Source of the DNA: an uncultured Candidatus Saccharibacteria bacterium
Lineage (GTDB): Bacteria > Patescibacteriota > Minisyncoccia > Phycocordibacterales > JACNGX01
Assembly (NCBI GenBank): GCA_964621395.1
Contig: CAZULS010000002.1
Span: forward strand, 87,306-151,305
Reading direction: 5' to 3'
DNA length: 64,000 nt
Part shown: positions 62,314 through 64,000 of the stretch, one piece after another
How the letters are laid out: each line of letters opens with the position of its first letter
Numbering within the stretch: position 1 is the first letter of the stretch
Translations under genes and position numbers: made by a program
The notes under the pieces: generated by a model
Database searches by the model: none
What the model was told of the DNA's origin: nothing
Seen by the model: the letters and a program-made list of their open reading frames with translations, nothing else

Positions 62314-63306
62314 ATGCATACTCAAAAAGAACAACCTATCGCATTGACTGGTGTGAAGCCAACCGGTCAACATCATGTGGGGAATTATTTTGGTGCCATG
62401 AAGCCGTTTGTTGATTTCCAGCTCAAAGGGGAGTATCAGACCTTTGTCTTTGTGGCGGATCTTCACGCACTTAATCTCATTACCGACGCGAAGCAAATGA
62501 GCGAGTATGCTCTCGGTATCGCCATGGATTATCTGGCTATCGGAGTGGACCCGAAAAAGACGGTGATGTACCGGCAATCGGATATTCCGGAAATTACCGA
62601 GCTCTCGTGGATTTTTAATACACTGACCTCAATGCCGTATCTCATGCGCGCGCATGCCTTTAAAGATGCCGAGGCGAAGAAAAGTGAGGTGAGTGCGGGG
62701 ACGTTTTGTTATCCTGTCTTAATGGCGGCTGATATTTTAATTCAGGATGCGAGTGTGGTGCCGGTGGGCAAAGATCAGAATCAGCACTTGGAAATTGCTC
62801 GCGATGTGGCGGCGAAATTTAATCACACGTATGGTGTTGAGATGTTTAAAGCACCTAAGACGGTGACGATTGAATCAGTGGCAACGGTGCCGGGTGTTGA
62901 TGGCCGGAAGATGAGCAAGAGCTACAACAACACCATTCCGCTCTTTGCAGACGATGAAACTTTGCGTAAGGCGGTTATGAGTATCGTGACAGATTCCAAA
63001 TCTCCCGAGGAGCCGAAGGATCCTGGGGAAGATAATATCTTCGCACTTCACAAACTCTTTAGCGCAAATGATATTGAAGAGATTGCACGACGATATCGTG
63101 AAGGGGAGATAGGGTATAAAGAATCCAAAGACATGCTCTATGAAAACATTCGTGCATTCATTACGCCGTTGCGAGAGAAGCGCGAGGCAATCGCTGCTGA
63201 TCCCGCTGCGGTAAAGAGAATACTCGATGAGGGCGGGGAAGTGGCGCGAGCTCGTGCGGCACGAAAGCTTGAAGAAGTGCGTGCGGCTGTTGGGCTCGAC
63301 TACTGA
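62314..63306 (+). CDS. trpS: tryptophanyl-tRNA synthetase
   Basis: Class I HIGH-like motif in TGQHHVGNYFGA and KMSKS in GRKMSKSYNN. 330 aa. Confidence 0.9.
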   Translation: MHTQKEQPIALTGVKPTGQHHVGNYFGAMKPFVDFQLKGEYQTFVFVADLHALNLITDAKQMSEYALGIAMDYLAIGVDPKKTVMYRQSDIPEITELSWIFNTLTSMPYLMRAHAFKDAEAKKSEVSAGTFCYPVLMAADILIQDASVVPVGKDQNQHLEIARDVAAKFNHTYGVEMFKAPKTVTIESVATVPGVDGRKMSKSYNNTIPLFADDETLRKAVMSIVTDSKSPEEPKDPGEDNIFALHKLFSANDIEEIARRYREGEIGYKESKDMLYENIRAFITPLREKREAIAADPAAVKRILDEGGEVARARAARKLEEVRAAVGLDY

Positions 63307-63309
63307 AAA

Positions 63310-63602
63310 GTTACGAACTACGAATAATGCGAATATACGAATATAGTTTATATCAAGCAATACACGTGTTATCCTGGACTCTTGCCGAGCTCGACTTTCA
63401 CTGAATAAGCAAAAATATCAAAAACGATAGAAGAAAGAATAAAAAGTGTGTCACCAGAAATGCTTGTTGGTGAAAGTGAGGCTCTGGTGATTCAGGATCT
63501 CAAAAAGTGAAGATTCCGCATCAAGTGCGGAATGACAGTAAAGGTGGGTAATGGTATAGAAGATGTCTTCGTATGTTCGTATAACTTCGTACTTCGTACC
63601 CG
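63310..63602. repeat. Composite A-left arm (GTTACGAACTACGAATAATGCGAATATACGAATATAG), truncated B hairpins, A-right arm (TTCGTATGTTCGTATAACTTCGTACTTCGTACCC)
   Basis: It fills the trpS-aspS spacer. Confidence 0.6.
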
Positions 63603-63662
63603 AAGAGAGTTATTGAGCTGCATACATAGTAATATTATTGTTTCGACATCATTTAATTTCCT

Positions 63663-64000
63663 ATGCGTACTCTAATTAAAGACCTTCATAATCATATTGG
63701 CGAAGAAGTATCCATTTCCGGATGGGTGCATGTGCGTCGCGATCACGGCAAGCTGATTTTTATCGATCTTCGTGATGCAAGCGGTATTGTGCAAATGGTG
63801 GCACTTCCCAATCATGAAGAAGCGCAGAAAGAAGCGAGCGCTGTTCGTTCCGAATGGGTTGTGGAAGTGAAGGGAATCGTGAACGCTCGCCCTGAGAAAA
63901 TGGTAAATACAGACGAGTCTAATGGCGATATTGAAATTGAAATAACAGCGCTCAGCGTGCTTAATGAATCGGAAACACCGCCCTTTGAAGTAACAGAAGA
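63663..64000 (+). CDS. aspS: aspartyl-tRNA synthetase (Asp/Asn-tRNA synthetase family), N-terminal part; continues beyond window
   Basis: N-terminal OB-fold anticodon-binding domain VSISGWVHVRRDHGKLIFIDLRDASGIVQMV. The reading frame is open to the end of the window. Confidence 0.8.
   Translation, partial: MRTLIKDLHNHIGEEVSISGWVHVRRDHGKLIFIDLRDASGIVQMVALPNHEEAQKEASAVRSEWVVEVKGIVNARPEKMVNTDESNGDIEIEITALSVLNESETPPFEVTE

Overview
This 64 kb window is a housekeeping-rich, gene-dense bacterial chromosomal segment with no strong Shine-Dalgarno signals. I infer a small-genome CPR/Patescibacteria-like organism from the gene content, the SD-less starts and a truncated AlaRS. TGA is used as a stop codon, so the standard code (table 11) applies. 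Recognisable genes, in order: dnaG (3' part) and rpoD; a suf Fe-S cluster operon (sufB, sufS, sufU, sufC, sufT); an M29 aminopeptidase, a DsbA-like protein and a SIMPL protein; a MacAB-like tripartite efflux system (HlyD, ABC ATPase, FtsX permease) plus a second ABC/FtsX pair on the minus strand; an MFS transporter; tRNA-Asn(GTT); class I fructose-bisphosphate aldolase; pyruvate kinase; hisS, lepB, pth and a PBP2/FtsI transpeptidase; tRNA-Glu(CTC); a CaCA antiporter, truB, a DHQ-synthase-family gene, pcm and a GatB/YqeY protein; a NUDIX hydrolase, a truncated alaS, a SemiSWEET and a HAD phosphatase; a ribosomal cluster (infA, rpmJ, rpsM, rpsK, rpsD, rpoA, rplQ, rplM, rpsI); grpE, dnaK, dnaJ; an acyltransferase-methyltransferase fusion; a sensor histidine kinase; trpS; and the 5' end of aspS. 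The striking feature is the non-coding DNA. Nearly every intergenic region is filled with miniature palindromic (MITE/REP-like) elements belonging to at least six families: (A) TACGAA/TTCGTA-rich arms, typically GGGTACGAAGTACGAA...TTCGTACTTCGTACCC; (B) GTCATCCCGCACTTGATGCGGGATC hairpin elements; (D) a ~187 bp element with perfect 20 bp terminal inverted repeats AGAGCCTGTTCACAATCTCA; (E, F) ~190 nt long-hairpin elements inside the r-protein and dnaJ regions whose arms differ between copies but stay self-complementary; (G) CTAGGTTAAACCTAG / CCAAGGTTAA palindromes; (H) CCCCGCGAAGCCTTGGCGGAGTGGGG. Both tRNA genes are followed on the same strand by a conserved GC-rich element that starts with an inverted copy of the neighbouring tRNA's own 3' end. 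There is also an orphan consensus promoter followed by ~360 nt and an intrinsic terminator with no plausible ORF, which I treat as a candidate ncRNA. An AT-rich island between rpsI and grpE carries an AbrB-like small gene plus an overlapping two-gene module. No CRISPR array, rRNA, transposase or integrase gene is visible in the window.
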